DNA of 64,000 nt, from the NCBI GenBank assembly GCA_012729815.1, contig JAAYCJ010000014.1, positions 1,043-65,042 on the forward strand, written 5' to 3'. Position 1 is the stretch's first letter; each line of letters begins with the position of its first letter. This DNA comes from Phycisphaerae bacterium. Lineage in GTDB: Bacteria; Planctomycetota; Phycisphaerae; JAAYCJ01. This document shows, piece by piece, positions 45,832-56,944 of the stretch. A model generated the notes under the pieces. It was not told where the DNA came from. It ran no database searches and saw only the letters and a program-made list of their open reading frames with translations. The position numbers and the translations under genes are program-made.

Positions 45832-47214
45832 ATGGCGGTTCAGCCAAGCAGCCCGCGTTCTGTACCATTATATGTCCTGATCATTTTCATCGTCCTGTTC
45901 CTCGCCTCGGTCACCGGGCTTGTCGTGCTGTTCCTCTACCAGGAAGAGCTGCGCCAGAACGCCGACAAGTGGGAACGCCAGTACAACGAACTCGTCGGCA
46001 GGGGGGCCACCGAAACCAAACTCCGCGAATACGCCGGCGCCGGTCAGGCTCAGCGGACCTCCGCGGTCGGAGCCCTCGTCGCTGAGCGCGACGAACTGGC
46101 CCGCATGCTCACCGGCTCGACCGGGTCATCCGTCAGTCAGGCCCAGGCCCAGGTCGAACAGCTTCTGGCCTCCGTCCCCGATCAACTCGGCGCGGTCAAA
46201 CAGCAAGGCCAGGTGGACATGGTCGCCGCCTTCACCCAGGCCATCGGGACCATTCAGTCGCTCCAACAGCAACTCGCCGCCGCCCAACAGCAACTCACAG
46301 ACGCCCAGAGCCGGGCCGACACCATCGCCGCCCAGTATCAGGACCTGGAGACCAAGTATAAGGAAAGCACTCAGCAGATCACCCAGCAGCTCCAGAACCT
46401 CCAGAAGCAATTCGAACAGTACAAACAGCAGCACGAGCAGCAGTTGGCCAGCATCCAGGAGCAGATCGGCGGCGATCTCAAGCAGCGCATGACCGACGTC
46501 CAGCAGTCCTTCAGCGAAAACGTCGACGAGCTGCGAGACATGGTCCGGCGCAACCTCCAGACCCTCGTTCGCACCATGAAGCAACTCGCTCCCGGCGGCC
46601 AGCGCATGGCGGCGTCGCTGACCGTCGAGAAACTCCTCCAGCAAAACGACGGCCAGGTCCTGACCATCTCCGGCGACGTGATCTACGTCAGTCTCGGAGC
46701 CGACCAGAACGTCCGGCCCGGAGCCCGCTTCTATGTCTACTCCGCGCTTCAGGAAGGCTCAGCCAAACCCGAACCCAAGGCCTACATCGAAATCACCAAG
46801 GTCGGCGACCTGACCAGCGAGGCCACCCTCATCGCCCGACGGCCCGGCCAGCCCGTTCTCGCCAATGACCTGCTCGGTAACCTCGTCTACGACCGCGACC
46901 GCCAACTCACCTTCTTCGTCATGGGACGGTTCGACTTCAACAAGGACAACTATCCCGACCCGAACGGCAAGGAGAGAATCACCGACATCATCCGCGCCTC
47001 CGGCGGCCAGGTGGCCGATCAGCTCTCGCCCAACGTCGATTTTGTCGTCATGGGCGACGCCTCGAAGGCCGCAGCCGAAGGCGAGGAAGCCGACCAGGAC
47101 GAACAGGATCAGTCGTTCGACGAACTGAAGGACCAGGTTCAGGCGATGGCCATTCCGACCGTCGACGCCGATACGTTCATCACCTACACCGGCCACGCAC
47201 AGAACCTCCAATAG
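45832..47214 (+). CDS. Membrane-anchored coiled-coil protein with a C-terminal BRCT-like domain
   Basis: N-terminal TM helix LYVLIIFIVLFLASVTGLVVLFL, then ~200 aa of Q/L-rich coiled coil. The C-terminus TFFVMGRFD...ITDIIRASGGQVADQLSPNVDFVVMGD resembles a BRCT fold. Confidence 0.55.
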   Translation: MAVQPSSPRSVPLYVLIIFIVLFLASVTGLVVLFLYQEELRQNADKWERQYNELVGRGATETKLREYAGAGQAQRTSAVGALVAERDELARMLTGSTGSSVSQAQAQVEQLLASVPDQLGAVKQQGQVDMVAAFTQAIGTIQSLQQQLAAAQQQLTDAQSRADTIAAQYQDLETKYKESTQQITQQLQNLQKQFEQYKQQHEQQLASIQEQIGGDLKQRMTDVQQSFSENVDELRDMVRRNLQTLVRTMKQLAPGGQRMAASLTVEKLLQQNDGQVLTISGDVIYVSLGADQNVRPGARFYVYSALQEGSAKPEPKAYIEITKVGDLTSEATLIARRPGQPVLANDLLGNLVYDRDRQLTFFVMGRFDFNKDNYPDPNGKERITDIIRASGGQVADQLSPNVDFVVMGDASKAAAEGEEADQDEQDQSFDELKDQVQAMAIPTVDADTFITYTGHAQNLQ

Positions 47215-47252
47215 GGTGACCGATCACAAACTCGTTTCAATGCGGACGACCC

Positions 47253-48209
47253 ATGGGTAAGGATAAACCACGTCTGGGACGGGGACTGGCGTCCCTCGTC
47301 AGCCAACTCGCCGAACCAATGCCAGCCGCGGCCGTGTCCGATCCGGAAGTCCACGCCGCCGACCACACCGGCGGCGACGGCCCCGCCTTCGCGCCGCCCG
47401 CCGACGCCGTCCCGGCCCGGCTGCTCGCCCTCGACCTGGTCGATCCCAACCCCTATCAGCCGCGGAGCGACTTCAGCGACGACGGCCTCGAACAACTCGT
47501 CGCCTCCATCCGCGAGCAGGGCGTCGTTCAGCCAATCGTCGTCCGACCGCACGGCCAGCGATTCCAACTCATCGCCGGCCAACGCCGACTCGAAGCCTCG
47601 CGCCGCGCCGAGATGCGCACCATTCCCGCCGTCATCCGGCAGGCCGATGACCGGCAGATGCTCGAAATCGCCCTCGTCGAAAACATCCATCGCGAAGACC
47701 TCAACTGCGTCGACCGGGCTCAGGCCTACCGCCGATACGAGCAGACCTTCGGCTTCGGCGCCGAGCAGATCGCCGAACGACTCGGCCAGGACCGCACCAC
47801 CGTCACCAACTACCTGCGACTGCTCGCCTTGCCCGACGAAGTCCTCCAGCTCCTCCGTCACGACCGCCTCAGCATGGGCCACGCCCGCGCCCTGGCCGGA
47901 CTCGACAACCCCTCGCTCCAGATCAAGCTGGCCGTCAAGATCGTCCAGCAGGGCCTCTCCGTCCGCCAGGCCGAAGCCCTCGTCGCCGAAAGCAAGCAGG
48001 AGCATCCGCCGACCGCCAAAAAACCGCCGGCCAAGCATCCCAACATCCTCGACCTCGAACAGCAGATGACCCGCGCCTTAAGCACCCGCGTCCAGATCAA
48101 CCCCGCCCGCAAAAAAGGCCAGGGAAAAATCATGATCGAGTTCTACAGCTTCGACGACTTTGAAAGGATCATGGACCGGATCTGCGGCGAGCAGCGAGAA
48201 GAACTCTAG
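47253..48209 (+). CDS. parB: ParB/Spo0J chromosome partitioning protein
   Basis: ParB box LDLVDPNPYQPR, the segment QPIVVRP..GQRFQLIAGQRR, and ALVENIHREDLN are present. No parA lies upstream. Confidence 0.9.
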   Translation: MGKDKPRLGRGLASLVSQLAEPMPAAAVSDPEVHAADHTGGDGPAFAPPADAVPARLLALDLVDPNPYQPRSDFSDDGLEQLVASIREQGVVQPIVVRPHGQRFQLIAGQRRLEASRRAEMRTIPAVIRQADDRQMLEIALVENIHREDLNCVDRAQAYRRYEQTFGFGAEQIAERLGQDRTTVTNYLRLLALPDEVLQLLRHDRLSMGHARALAGLDNPSLQIKLAVKIVQQGLSVRQAEALVAESKQEHPPTAKKPPAKHPNILDLEQQMTRALSTRVQINPARKKGQGKIMIEFYSFDDFERIMDRICGEQREEL

Positions 48210-48303
48210 CGCCGCACGCCGCGCGTCGCCGGCGCCCTTCACTTCCACCCGTCAACCCCTTTTCGGAACCGTCATTCTCCGCAATTCACAGGCAGGGCAA
48301 ATC

Positions 48304-50553
48304 ATGACCAAACGACTGGCCGGTCCGCGTGCAAACCATGATCTGGTGCTTCAGGCCCCGATCAATCGCTGGGACGAAGCCGTCCCGCTGGGCAACGGCC
48401 TGACCGGCGCGCTGCTCTGGGGCGCCGGCCGCCAACTCCGGCTCTCCCTCGACCGCGGCGACCTCTGGGACCTGCGGCCCGCGCCCGGCGCCCAGGACCC
48501 GCAGGCCAACTGGGCCACCATGAAACTCCTTGTCGCCGAAAAAGACCTGCCGCGCCTGCACCAGCTCTTCGACGCCATCTACAGCGAATCATCCCATCCG
48601 ACCAAGATTCCCGGCGGCCGCCTGGAACTCGACCTCGGCGCCGGCGGCGACGCCCAAGAGTTCCGGCTTGACCTGCGCCGCGCCCTGGGCCGCGTGCGAC
48701 TCCGCCGCGGAACCGTCGAAGCCTTCTGTCACGCCGACCAGCCCGTCGGGCTGATCCGCGTCGACGGCGTCAAAGCCTCACTCCGGATCGTCCCGCCCGC
48801 CTACGGCCAGACCGTCGCCGACGACGCTGATCTCGTCGTCGGACGCGACCTGCGCACCCTCGGCTATCCCGCCCCGCGGCTTGGCCGCAGCGGAGAGGTC
48901 TCCTGGGCCCTCCAACGCGGAGCCGAAGGCTTCGAATACGCCATCGTCGTCGAACGCCGACGCATCGGTGACCAGACCCTCTTCGCCTTCACCATCACCA
49001 CCAACGCCGACGCCGACGACCCGGTCGCCCTGGGCCGACAGCGCGTTCGCGACGCCCTCGAAGCCGGCTACGACAACGCGCTCAAGCAACACACCCGCTG
49101 GTGGAAGCGCTTCTGGTCCCGCTCCGCCGTCGCTCTGCCCGACCCGCGGATCGAACAGCACTACTACCTGGTCCAATACTTCTACGGCGCCGCCTCGCGC
49201 CGCGGCGCGCCGCCCATTCCCCTCCAGGGCGTCTGGACCGCCGATGAAGGAACCATCCCGCCGTGGAAGGGCGACTACCACAACGACCTGAACACCCAGC
49301 TGACCTACTGGTCCTATCTGGCCGCCGACCACCTCGATGAAGGGGCCTGCTTCCTCGATTTCCTCTGGAACCTGATGCCCGCCGCCCGCCGCTTCGCCCG
49401 TGACTTCTACGACACCCGCGGCGCGTGCTTTCCCGGCGTGATGGGGCTCGACGGCCAGAAACTCGGCGGCTGGCACCAGTACAGCTACTCGCCCACCAAC
49501 AGCGCCTGGCTCGCCCACGCCTTCCACCGCCACTGGCGATACACGATGGACCGCGACTTCCTTCGCGACCGGGCCTACCCGTTCTGCGCCGAGATCGGAC
49601 AGTGCCTCGCCGACCTCCTCGAACAGGGACCGGATGGCCTGCTCCGACTGCCGCTCTCCAGCTCGCCCGAGATGCACGACAACCGCCTCGAAGCCTGGCT
49701 CACGCCCAACACCAACTTCGACCTGAGCCTGCTCCGCTGGCTCTTCGCCGCCCTGATCGAAATGAGCGACGCCCTCGCCCAGGACTCCTCAACGTGGCGC
49801 AGCCTCCTCGACCGCCTGCCGCAGCTCGCCGTCGAAAAGACCGGCGGCGGCGAACCCAACGGCCCGCTGATGATCTGCCCGGACGAATCTCTGCGCGAAT
49901 CCCACCGCCACCACTCGCACCTGATGGGCATCCACCCGCTGGGCATTCTCGACCGCGAATCTGGCCAACGCCAAGCCGACATCATCCGCAACTCGCTCCA
50001 TCAGATCGACTGGCACGGCATGAACAACTGGACCGGCTACAGCTTCTCCTGGATGGCCTGCATCGCCGCCCGCGCCGCCCAACCCGAACGCGCCGCCGCC
50101 ATGCTCGATCTCTTCGTCAAGGGATTCATCGCCCGCAACGGCTTCCATCTCAACGGCGACTTCAAGGAACTCGGCCTCAGCGGCTACCACTACCGGCCCT
50201 TCACCCTCGAAGGCAACTTCGCCGCCGCCGAAGCCGTCCACGAAATGCTCCTCCAGGGCTGGGGCGGCATCCTGCGCATCTTCCCCGCCGTGCCCGACGA
50301 CTGGGCCGACGTCGCCTTCGACGACCTCCGCGCCGAAGGCGCCTTCCGCGTCTCCGCCCGCCGCGCCAACCGCCGAACCACCTGGCTGCGCATCACAGCC
50401 GAAACCGGAGGCCGCCTGACCCTCCGTGACCCCTTCGCCGGCGCCAGACCCCGGTGGAACAAAAAAAACATCCGCCGCCAGGGCGACCTCTGGATCGCCA
50501 CCCTCAAACCCAACGAAACCCTCGAAGCCGAACTACCCGCCGTCGGTAAGTAG
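48304..50553 (+). CDS. Glycoside hydrolase family 95-like protein (putative alpha-L-fucosidase)
   Basis: Start re-called to MTKRLAG (listed ORF 48160 is upstream). The N-terminal motif WDEAVPLGNGLTGALLWGAG..LRLSLDRGDLW matches the GH95 N-terminal signature; its length (749 aa) also fits. Confidence 0.55.
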   Translation: MTKRLAGPRANHDLVLQAPINRWDEAVPLGNGLTGALLWGAGRQLRLSLDRGDLWDLRPAPGAQDPQANWATMKLLVAEKDLPRLHQLFDAIYSESSHPTKIPGGRLELDLGAGGDAQEFRLDLRRALGRVRLRRGTVEAFCHADQPVGLIRVDGVKASLRIVPPAYGQTVADDADLVVGRDLRTLGYPAPRLGRSGEVSWALQRGAEGFEYAIVVERRRIGDQTLFAFTITTNADADDPVALGRQRVRDALEAGYDNALKQHTRWWKRFWSRSAVALPDPRIEQHYYLVQYFYGAASRRGAPPIPLQGVWTADEGTIPPWKGDYHNDLNTQLTYWSYLAADHLDEGACFLDFLWNLMPAARRFARDFYDTRGACFPGVMGLDGQKLGGWHQYSYSPTNSAWLAHAFHRHWRYTMDRDFLRDRAYPFCAEIGQCLADLLEQGPDGLLRLPLSSSPEMHDNRLEAWLTPNTNFDLSLLRWLFAALIEMSDALAQDSSTWRSLLDRLPQLAVEKTGGGEPNGPLMICPDESLRESHRHHSHLMGIHPLGILDRESGQRQADIIRNSLHQIDWHGMNNWTGYSFSWMACIAARAAQPERAAAMLDLFVKGFIARNGFHLNGDFKELGLSGYHYRPFTLEGNFAAAEAVHEMLLQGWGGILRIFPAVPDDWADVAFDDLRAEGAFRVSARRANRRTTWLRITAETGGRLTLRDPFAGARPRWNKKNIRRQGDLWIATLKPNETLEAELPAVGK

Positions 50554-50640
50554 TGTTCAGGCCGTTCATCGATGTAAGATACTGGTGCACCTGTGTTTAC
50601 ACTGGCTGGTGGTGAGTGCGCCATTCGCCCGACAAAGGGC

Positions 50641-50668
50641 TTGACGCAAAGGCCGCATTTGCTACAAT
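50641..50668 (+). promoter_or_regulatory. Sigma70-like promoter TTGACG, 16-nt spacer, TACAAT; the predicted start site is at or next to the LacI ATG (leaderless)
   Basis: ttgacgcaaaggccgcatttgctacaat ends 7 nt before the ATG at 50676. Confidence 0.45.
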
Positions 50669-50675
50669 CAATTCC

Positions 50676-51779
50676 ATGAAACGATTACACGGCCAGCCCG
50701 ACACCTCCACCGCCGCCCCGGCCACCGTCACCTCCGTGGCCCGTCATGCCGGCGTTTCGGTAGGCACCGTCTCCCGGGTGCTCAATAACCACCCGCGCGT
50801 TTCCGCCGCCGCCCGCCAAGCCGTCGAACGCGCGATCCGCGAACTCGACTACCGGCCCGACCCCGTCGCCCGGTCGCTGCGACGCCGCGGAGCCAACGGC
50901 CGCGTCTGGACGGGCAACATCGGCGTCTTCTTTCCCAACACCACCCACGCCATGCTCCAGGTACCGTTCATGTCGCGCATGGTCCAGGGCGTCCAGTCCG
51001 AACTGGCTGACAACGGCTATCATCTGATCATCTCCAACACCACTGACTCCTCAGCCCTGCCCGACGTCGTCCGCGACCGCAAGGTCGAAGGCCTCCTCGT
51101 CCACGGCGACTTGGGCCTCGACCTCTGCTCGCGGCTCACCGCCGCTCTCCCAGCCGTCAGTATGGGCCAGCACGCGACGGGCCTGCCCATCGCCATGGTC
51201 AACGTCGACAACCGCGCCGCCGTCGTCACCGCCGCCACCCGACTCTTCGCCCTCGGCCATCGCCGCATCGGATTCGTCGCCCGCGACCCCGAGCATCGCG
51301 ACTTCGCCGAACGCCGCGACGGCTACCGCCAAGCCGTCCAACTCCTGGACCTCCGTTACGATCCAGCCCTCGAAGCGGTAGGGGGGGCGTCCGACCTTTC
51401 CGGCCCGCGAACTCCGCAGACCGAACCGCCGGACATGAGCGAACCGCTCGCGCGGCTGCTCGATCTGCCCGATCCGCCCACCGCCCTGATCGTGCCCAGC
51501 GACTGGCAGGCCATCGGCGTCTACCGCGCCCTGGCCGCCCGCCGCCGCCGCATTCCCGACGACCTCTGCGTCATCGGCTTCGACAACGACCCAGGCGTCT
51601 GCCATTCGCTCACGCCCGCCCTCTCCAGCATTAACTACCCCTCCGAACAGATCGGCCGCCAAGCCGTCCGCCTCCTCCTGAACCAGATTCGCGAAGGATC
51701 CGCCATGCACCGCCAGACAATCCTCATCAAATCCGAACTGATCGAACGCGCCTCCATCGCCCCGGTGAAACGATCATGA
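50676..51779 (+). CDS. LacI family transcriptional regulator
   Basis: Helix-turn-helix [21 protein letters not shown] followed by a periplasmic-binding-protein-like sugar domain. The stop overlaps the start of the next gene (ATGA). Confidence 0.85.
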   Translation: MKRLHGQPDTSTAAPATVTSVARHAGVSVGTVSRVLNNHPRVSAAARQAVERAIRELDYRPDPVARSLRRRGANGRVWTGNIGVFFPNTTHAMLQVPFMSRMVQGVQSELADNGYHLIISNTTDSSALPDVVRDRKVEGLLVHGDLGLDLCSRLTAALPAVSMGQHATGLPIAMVNVDNRAAVVTAATRLFALGHRRIGFVARDPEHRDFAERRDGYRQAVQLLDLRYDPALEAVGGASDLSGPRTPQTEPPDMSEPLARLLDLPDPPTALIVPSDWQAIGVYRALAARRRRIPDDLCVIGFDNDPGVCHSLTPALSSINYPSEQIGRQAVRLLLNQIREGSAMHRQTILIKSELIERASIAPVKRS

Positions 51780-52504
51780 CGCCCAACCAACCCACATCGC
51801 AGCCCGCCTCCCGATCCGACCGCCAGGCTCGATCGTTCACCCTCATAGAACTCCTGGTCGTCGTCGCGATCATCGCCGTCCTTGTCTCCATCCTGCTGCC
51901 CGCCCTCCAGAACGCTCGCCAGCAGGGCCTCATGGCCTCCTGCGCCGGCGGCCGACTCAAGCAACTGGGCGTCGGCTTCCTGATGTACGCCGATGACAAC
52001 CACGGCTGGTTCCCGATCCAATATCCCGAATACTACAGCTCCTGGCTCTGGCTCGTCGATCCGCCCAACACCGTTACCTCCAGGTACATGACCGATGCCC
52101 TCACCAACGCCGACGAACGCTTCGGCCAAGCTAAGTACGTCCCGCAGGAATGCTTCTACTGCCCAGCCAACCGCGACGTCACCGTCGAAAATAACTGGTG
52201 GGGCTGGTGGAGCGGATACGAATTCGGCAAGATCAGCTACCTCAACTTCTACTACTTCGGCCACATCGCCTACGACACCTACTTCGTCAGCGACGGCTTC
52301 AGCCCGAAAAACACCAACCACCATCGCCTCGCCGAAGGCGTCCTCTTCGCCGACCGCGTCCGATCCGCCTCCGGAACCGCCGCGATCTCCTGGAATCACC
52401 CAGCCGCGGCCAACGTCCTCTTCGCCGACGGCCACGTCCAAGTCAAACCAACCGGCACGTGCCAACTCAAATACCAGATGGCCTCGAACGGATACCTGTG
52501 GTGA
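51776..52504 (+). CDS. DUF1559 protein with a prepilin-type N-terminal cleavage/methylation domain
   Basis: N-terminus [26 protein letters not shown]; C-terminal H-X9-DG motif NVLFADGHV. Confidence 0.85.
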   Translation: MTPNQPTSQPASRSDRQARSFTLIELLVVVAIIAVLVSILLPALQNARQQGLMASCAGGRLKQLGVGFLMYADDNHGWFPIQYPEYYSSWLWLVDPPNTVTSRYMTDALTNADERFGQAKYVPQECFYCPANRDVTVENNWWGWWSGYEFGKISYLNFYYFGHIAYDTYFVSDGFSPKNTNHHRLAEGVLFADRVRSASGTAAISWNHPAAANVLFADGHVQVKPTGTCQLKYQMASNGYLW

Positions 52505-52539
52505 CAGCTTTTCACCGTCACGTTCCGCGGGAGCTCTCC

Positions 52540-54963
52540 ATGAATCCGACCCGCCTCCTCATCCTCGCCTCCATCCTGACGGCCGCCTCTTCAACCTGTC
52601 TCGCCCAGACCAGCCGTCCCGTCAGACCCCAACCCAACAGCGTCTTTGGCCTCTGCGACCGCTACGTCAAACCCGCATGGCAAATCGGCGTCTTCAAGTG
52701 GCGGCGGATGGACATCGACTTCCATCCCGAAAACTGGAACGCCGAGACGACCTTCGAAGACACCGTCGCCTATTTCGATCAGGTCCTGGCCTTCTCCGAA
52801 CAGCACGGCGTCTGCGTCATGCCGATCCTCAACCTCCGCCACTTCGGCCATCGCTGGCAGCCCGGCGGCCAAACCGCTGAGCATCCCGACGCCTTCACCC
52901 TCCACCGCTGGACCAACTGGGTCCATCGCGTGGTCGAACGCTACAAGGGCCGCGTGACTTACTGGGAAATCTCCAACGAGCCAGACCTCTCGACCACGCC
53001 GCAGCAGTACGCCGCTCTGGCCAAAGCCGCCTACCTCTCCGCCAAAGCCGCCGATCCGCAATGCCGCCTCGGCGCCTTCGCCACCGCCGGCGTCAACCTG
53101 CCCTTCATCGAACAATGCCTCCAACTCGGCATGGCCGACTACTTCGACTTCGTCACCGTCCATCCCTATCAGTGGTCGCATTCGTTCGACGCCGACCTGC
53201 TGACCGGTTCGCTCGCCGCCCTCGAGCAGCTTCTCGACCGCTACGGTTGCCCTCGGCCGATCTGGATCTCCGAACTCGGCTGGCCCACGCATCCGCAAGG
53301 CGGCTGCTCGCCGCAGGTCCAGGCCCGGATCGTCGCCCAGGCCTATCTGACCCTCGCCGCCCTCGGCCGCTACAAGACCTTCTGGTACACCCTCGGCGAC
53401 TGGCCGGCCGAACCGACCGACGCGGAAGGCTACTTCGGCCTGCTCGACGCCGCCGGCCGCCCCAAACCCTCTTTCCACGCCTACCGCCTCGCCTCCGAAA
53501 CCCTCTCCGACGCCATCGGCCTCGGACAAGCCGACCTGCCCAAAGGCCTGACCGGCTGGCTCTATCGCACCTCCGATGGGCGGCTGGCCATTGGCCTCTG
53601 GCGCAACACGGGTGATCCCTCCACCGCAACGATCGAGTTGCCCGACCTGCGCGATCCAGAGGTCGAGAAACGCGCCATCGATCTTTCCCGCGACATCCTC
53701 ACCGCCCGCGACGACGCCGTCGCGCTGGAAATCGGCCCCGATCCGCTGATCCTCCTGTTTCACAGTGACCGCAAGTACAACCTTCCCGCCCCATCCGCGC
53801 TGGCCGCGCCGCCCGCTAAGAGTCTTCCAATGTACCTGGCCGTTCCGCCCATGCCGTCCGCCTTCACCGGCGGTGCGCTCGAAATCCCCTTCAGCCTCGT
53901 CAATCTCTCCGAAACCGCGTGGACGGGCAGGGTAACCATCGCATCCCATCCGTCCGCCACGACCGAACTGACCGCCCAACCGGGTCAGGAAACCATCGGC
54001 CGCCTCTCCTTCCAGGTGCCCGAAGACGCTTCCAATGGATTGCTTCGCCTGATCCTGCGGGCGCCGGGCCTGGCCGATCTTCCCGTCGAACTCCAGGTCA
54101 CCAGCCCTCTCGCCGTCGAGCTCGATCCGGTGGCCGAGCCGCTTGACTGTCCAAGCATCCCGGTCAACTTCACGCTGACCAACGTCACCGACCATCACTT
54201 GACCGGACAACTGAACCTCGACGCCGCCGACGATCCTGCGATCGCGATCGACCTGCCGCCCGCCGCCTCCACCCGAATCGAACGAACCATCAGCCAAACC
54301 GAGTTCCGCCTCACCGGCAACCTGGCCGGCCGTCCCTTTGCCTTCACCCAGCCGCTCGACAGCATCCGCATCCCTCACGCCGCCAAAATCACCATCGACG
54401 CCGACCTCACCGATTGGCAAACCGTCGCCCCATTCCACCTCGGCCGCCGCCAGCAGGCTCAGCCGCTTCCCAACTGGTGGACCGGCCCAAACGACCTCTC
54501 CGCCAACGTCAAATTCCAGTGGGACCAGACCTGCCTCTACTTCGCCGCCGACGTCACCGACGACGTCCACTGCCAGCGGTCCACCGGCGGCGGCACGTGG
54601 CTCGGCGACGGCTTCCAGATCGCCCTCGAAGCCGACGGCGCCTACGGCTACGAACTGTGCCTCGCCCGCACCATGAGTGGCAGCGAACTCTACCTGCTTC
54701 GGGCCGTCCAAGGCCCGACCGGCCCGGTCCCGGGGGCACTGGTAGCCACCCGCCGCCGCAACGACCACACCCTCTACGAAGCCGCCATCCCCTGGTCGGC
54801 CCTGCCATCGCTGCAACCCCAGTCCGGCCAAACCCTTAAGCTCAACTTCATCCTCAACGAGAGCGACGCCCTCACCCGCGTCGGCTGGCTCGAATGCCGC
54901 CCCGGCATCGGCAGCGGCAAGTCCACCACCACCTGGTACCCCTGGCGATTGGCCGCCCCCTGA
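52540..54963 (+). CDS. Secreted clan GH-A (TIM-barrel, GH5/GH39-like) glycoside hydrolase with a C-terminal CBM9-like domain
   Basis: Start re-called to the signal peptide MNPTRLLILASILTAASSTCLA. Catalytic acid motif WEISNEPD and nucleophile motif WISELGW. The C-terminus DADLTDWQ...FQWDQTCLYFAADVTDD is CBM9-like. Confidence 0.6.
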   Translation: MNPTRLLILASILTAASSTCLAQTSRPVRPQPNSVFGLCDRYVKPAWQIGVFKWRRMDIDFHPENWNAETTFEDTVAYFDQVLAFSEQHGVCVMPILNLRHFGHRWQPGGQTAEHPDAFTLHRWTNWVHRVVERYKGRVTYWEISNEPDLSTTPQQYAALAKAAYLSAKAADPQCRLGAFATAGVNLPFIEQCLQLGMADYFDFVTVHPYQWSHSFDADLLTGSLAALEQLLDRYGCPRPIWISELGWPTHPQGGCSPQVQARIVAQAYLTLAALGRYKTFWYTLGDWPAEPTDAEGYFGLLDAAGRPKPSFHAYRLASETLSDAIGLGQADLPKGLTGWLYRTSDGRLAIGLWRNTGDPSTATIELPDLRDPEVEKRAIDLSRDILTARDDAVALEIGPDPLILLFHSDRKYNLPAPSALAAPPAKSLPMYLAVPPMPSAFTGGALEIPFSLVNLSETAWTGRVTIASHPSATTELTAQPGQETIGRLSFQVPEDASNGLLRLILRAPGLADLPVELQVTSPLAVELDPVAEPLDCPSIPVNFTLTNVTDHHLTGQLNLDAADDPAIAIDLPPAASTRIERTISQTEFRLTGNLAGRPFAFTQPLDSIRIPHAAKITIDADLTDWQTVAPFHLGRRQQAQPLPNWWTGPNDLSANVKFQWDQTCLYFAADVTDDVHCQRSTGGGTWLGDGFQIALEADGAYGYELCLARTMSGSELYLLRAVQGPTGPVPGALVATRRRNDHTLYEAAIPWSALPSLQPQSGQTLKLNFILNESDALTRVGWLECRPGIGSGKSTTTWYPWRLAAP

Positions 54964-55029
54964 AAATGCCCCTTGACACCACAACCGGTTTAGATTACAA
55001 TCAAAACCGGTTGTGGAGGTTAACGTGCA

Positions 55030-56055
55030 ATGGCCGGACCCAGCATCGCCGAAATCGCCCGACGACTGAAGCTCTCCAAGACCACGGTCTCCCGGGTCTT
55101 TAACGACGTGCCCAACTCCGGAATTGCCCCAGCCACCCGGCGGCGGGTGCTCGCCGCGATCCGCGAAATGGGCTACGAACCTAACCTCTCCGCCCGAGCC
55201 CTCGCCCGCGGACGGACCCACGTCATCGGTGCGATGATGATCGACGTGAACAACCCCTTCGCCAGCGGCTACGTCTCAGCCGTCGAGGAACTCGCCGGCG
55301 GCAAGGGCTACGGCGTCCTCCTGTGCAACACCCGCGGCAGCGGCGAAAAGGAACGCGAACAGTGCCGCATGCTCCGCCAGCGAGGCGTCGAAGGCCTCCT
55401 GATCGAACACGTCGGACCGGCCGAAACCCTCCGCGAACTGGTCGACGAGGGCTTCCCCTTCGTCCTCCTGGATCGCTGCCCTCAGTCGCCGCAGTTCGAC
55501 TACGTCACTTTCGACGACGTCGAGGGCGGACGCCTCGCCACCATGGCCCTGATCGACGCCGGCCGGACCAAAGTGGCCCATATCGCCGGGCCGCAAGCCG
55601 TCCTCCCCGCTGAGGACCGGCTCATCGGCTACCGCGAAGCCCTGGACGAAGCCGAACTGCCGTGGCGCGACGACTACGTGGTGTGGGTCGACCGGCATGA
55701 GAATCCGGACGACGGCGAGCACGCGGCCGACCGCCTGCTCGATCTGCCCAGCCCGCCGGACGCGGTCTTCTGTTACAGCGACCACCTGGCCCTGGGCGTT
55801 TTTCGCGCCGCCGCCCGGCGCGGCGTCCGCGTCCCGCACGACCTGGCGGTGATCGGCTGCGACGACCTGCCGTTCTGCCCGTGGACCGCCGTGTCGCTGG
55901 CCTCTGTCCGCCTGAACACCCGGCAACTCGGCCACGAGTCCGCCGGACTGCTCCTCGAAAAAATCGAGCGAGACGACGCCCGCGGGCCCGGCTCGCGCCG
56001 AATCCTCATCAAGCCCGAAGTGGTTCATCGGGAGTCGCTGGGACAGCGGAGGTAA
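55030..56055 (+). CDS. LacI family transcriptional regulator
   Basis: Helix-turn-helix [21 protein letters not shown] with a PBP-like domain. Confidence 0.85.
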   Translation: MAGPSIAEIARRLKLSKTTVSRVFNDVPNSGIAPATRRRVLAAIREMGYEPNLSARALARGRTHVIGAMMIDVNNPFASGYVSAVEELAGGKGYGVLLCNTRGSGEKEREQCRMLRQRGVEGLLIEHVGPAETLRELVDEGFPFVLLDRCPQSPQFDYVTFDDVEGGRLATMALIDAGRTKVAHIAGPQAVLPAEDRLIGYREALDEAELPWRDDYVVWVDRHENPDDGEHAADRLLDLPSPPDAVFCYSDHLALGVFRAAARRGVRVPHDLAVIGCDDLPFCPWTAVSLASVRLNTRQLGHESAGLLLEKIERDDARGPGSRRILIKPEVVHRESLGQRR

Positions 56056-56059
56056 CGCC

Positions 56060-56836
56060 ATGAACAACATGCGCCGATGCCGGTTCAGACTCTCTGATGC
56101 CTTTACCCTCATCGAACTGCTGGTCGTGGTGGCCATCATCGCCGTACTGGTGGCGATCCTGCTGCCGGCGATGACCGCCGCCCGCGAAGCGGCGCGAAAA
56201 GCCGCCTGCGGTGCCAACCTGCACCAGATGGGAATCGGAGCGGCCCTCTACGCCGCCGACAACGGCGGTTGGGTGCCCAGCGGCTTCGTGGGCTCGAGCA
56301 TCGGATTCACCGTGATTCCCGAATACCCCTGGTTCGTCTCCGTTCCCAAGGGGCCGCCTGCCCCCCTGATCTACCGGCTCTGGAAGGACGGCAGGTTCCC
56401 GCCGCGAATCTTCTACTGCCCGACCGCCACGGCGGCCGGGGCGGTGACGACGTACACTCCCGAAAACTTCGAATGGCGGCTCAGCGGCCATCCCGACAGC
56501 CCCGGATGGACGCTCACCTCCTACGCCGAACGCGTGGAAACCTGCCTCGACGCCGCCGGCAACACCGTCTTCGATCCGGGTCGTGCTCGGGTCGACTTCT
56601 TCAAAGCCGAGTACCTGGCCGACAAGGCCATGATCGCGGATGTCTACTGCGACAACTACGCCTTCAGCGCCCACCCGCGGGCAAGAGAACTGGAGCGGAC
56701 CGGCGGGTGGAACGTCTGCTTCGGCGACGGCAGCGTCAGGTTCAGGCAACTCGACGAGTACCTGTCCGACCCGAGCATCGGTGTCTGGTGGTCGCACTAC
56801 ACCTTCTGGCGCCACTGGGATGTGGTGGGAGAATAG
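56060..56836 (+). CDS. DUF1559 protein with a prepilin-type N-terminal cleavage/methylation domain
   Basis: N-terminus [25 protein letters not shown]; C-terminal motif [18 protein letters not shown]; starts 4 nt after the LacI stop. Confidence 0.85.
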   Translation: MNNMRRCRFRLSDAFTLIELLVVVAIIAVLVAILLPAMTAAREAARKAACGANLHQMGIGAALYAADNGGWVPSGFVGSSIGFTVIPEYPWFVSVPKGPPAPLIYRLWKDGRFPPRIFYCPTATAAGAVTTYTPENFEWRLSGHPDSPGWTLTSYAERVETCLDAAGNTVFDPGRARVDFFKAEYLADKAMIADVYCDNYAFSAHPRARELERTGGWNVCFGDGSVRFRQLDEYLSDPSIGVWWSHYTFWRHWDVVGE

Positions 56837-56944
56837 AACAACGGTGGAAGGACTTGCATCTTGTTTTCACTCGAGTTGGGTTTGTGTTCTGAACAGGAAA
56901 AGACTCCGAGCCTGCACACGGTAGTATTGAAAGGACACTCATTG

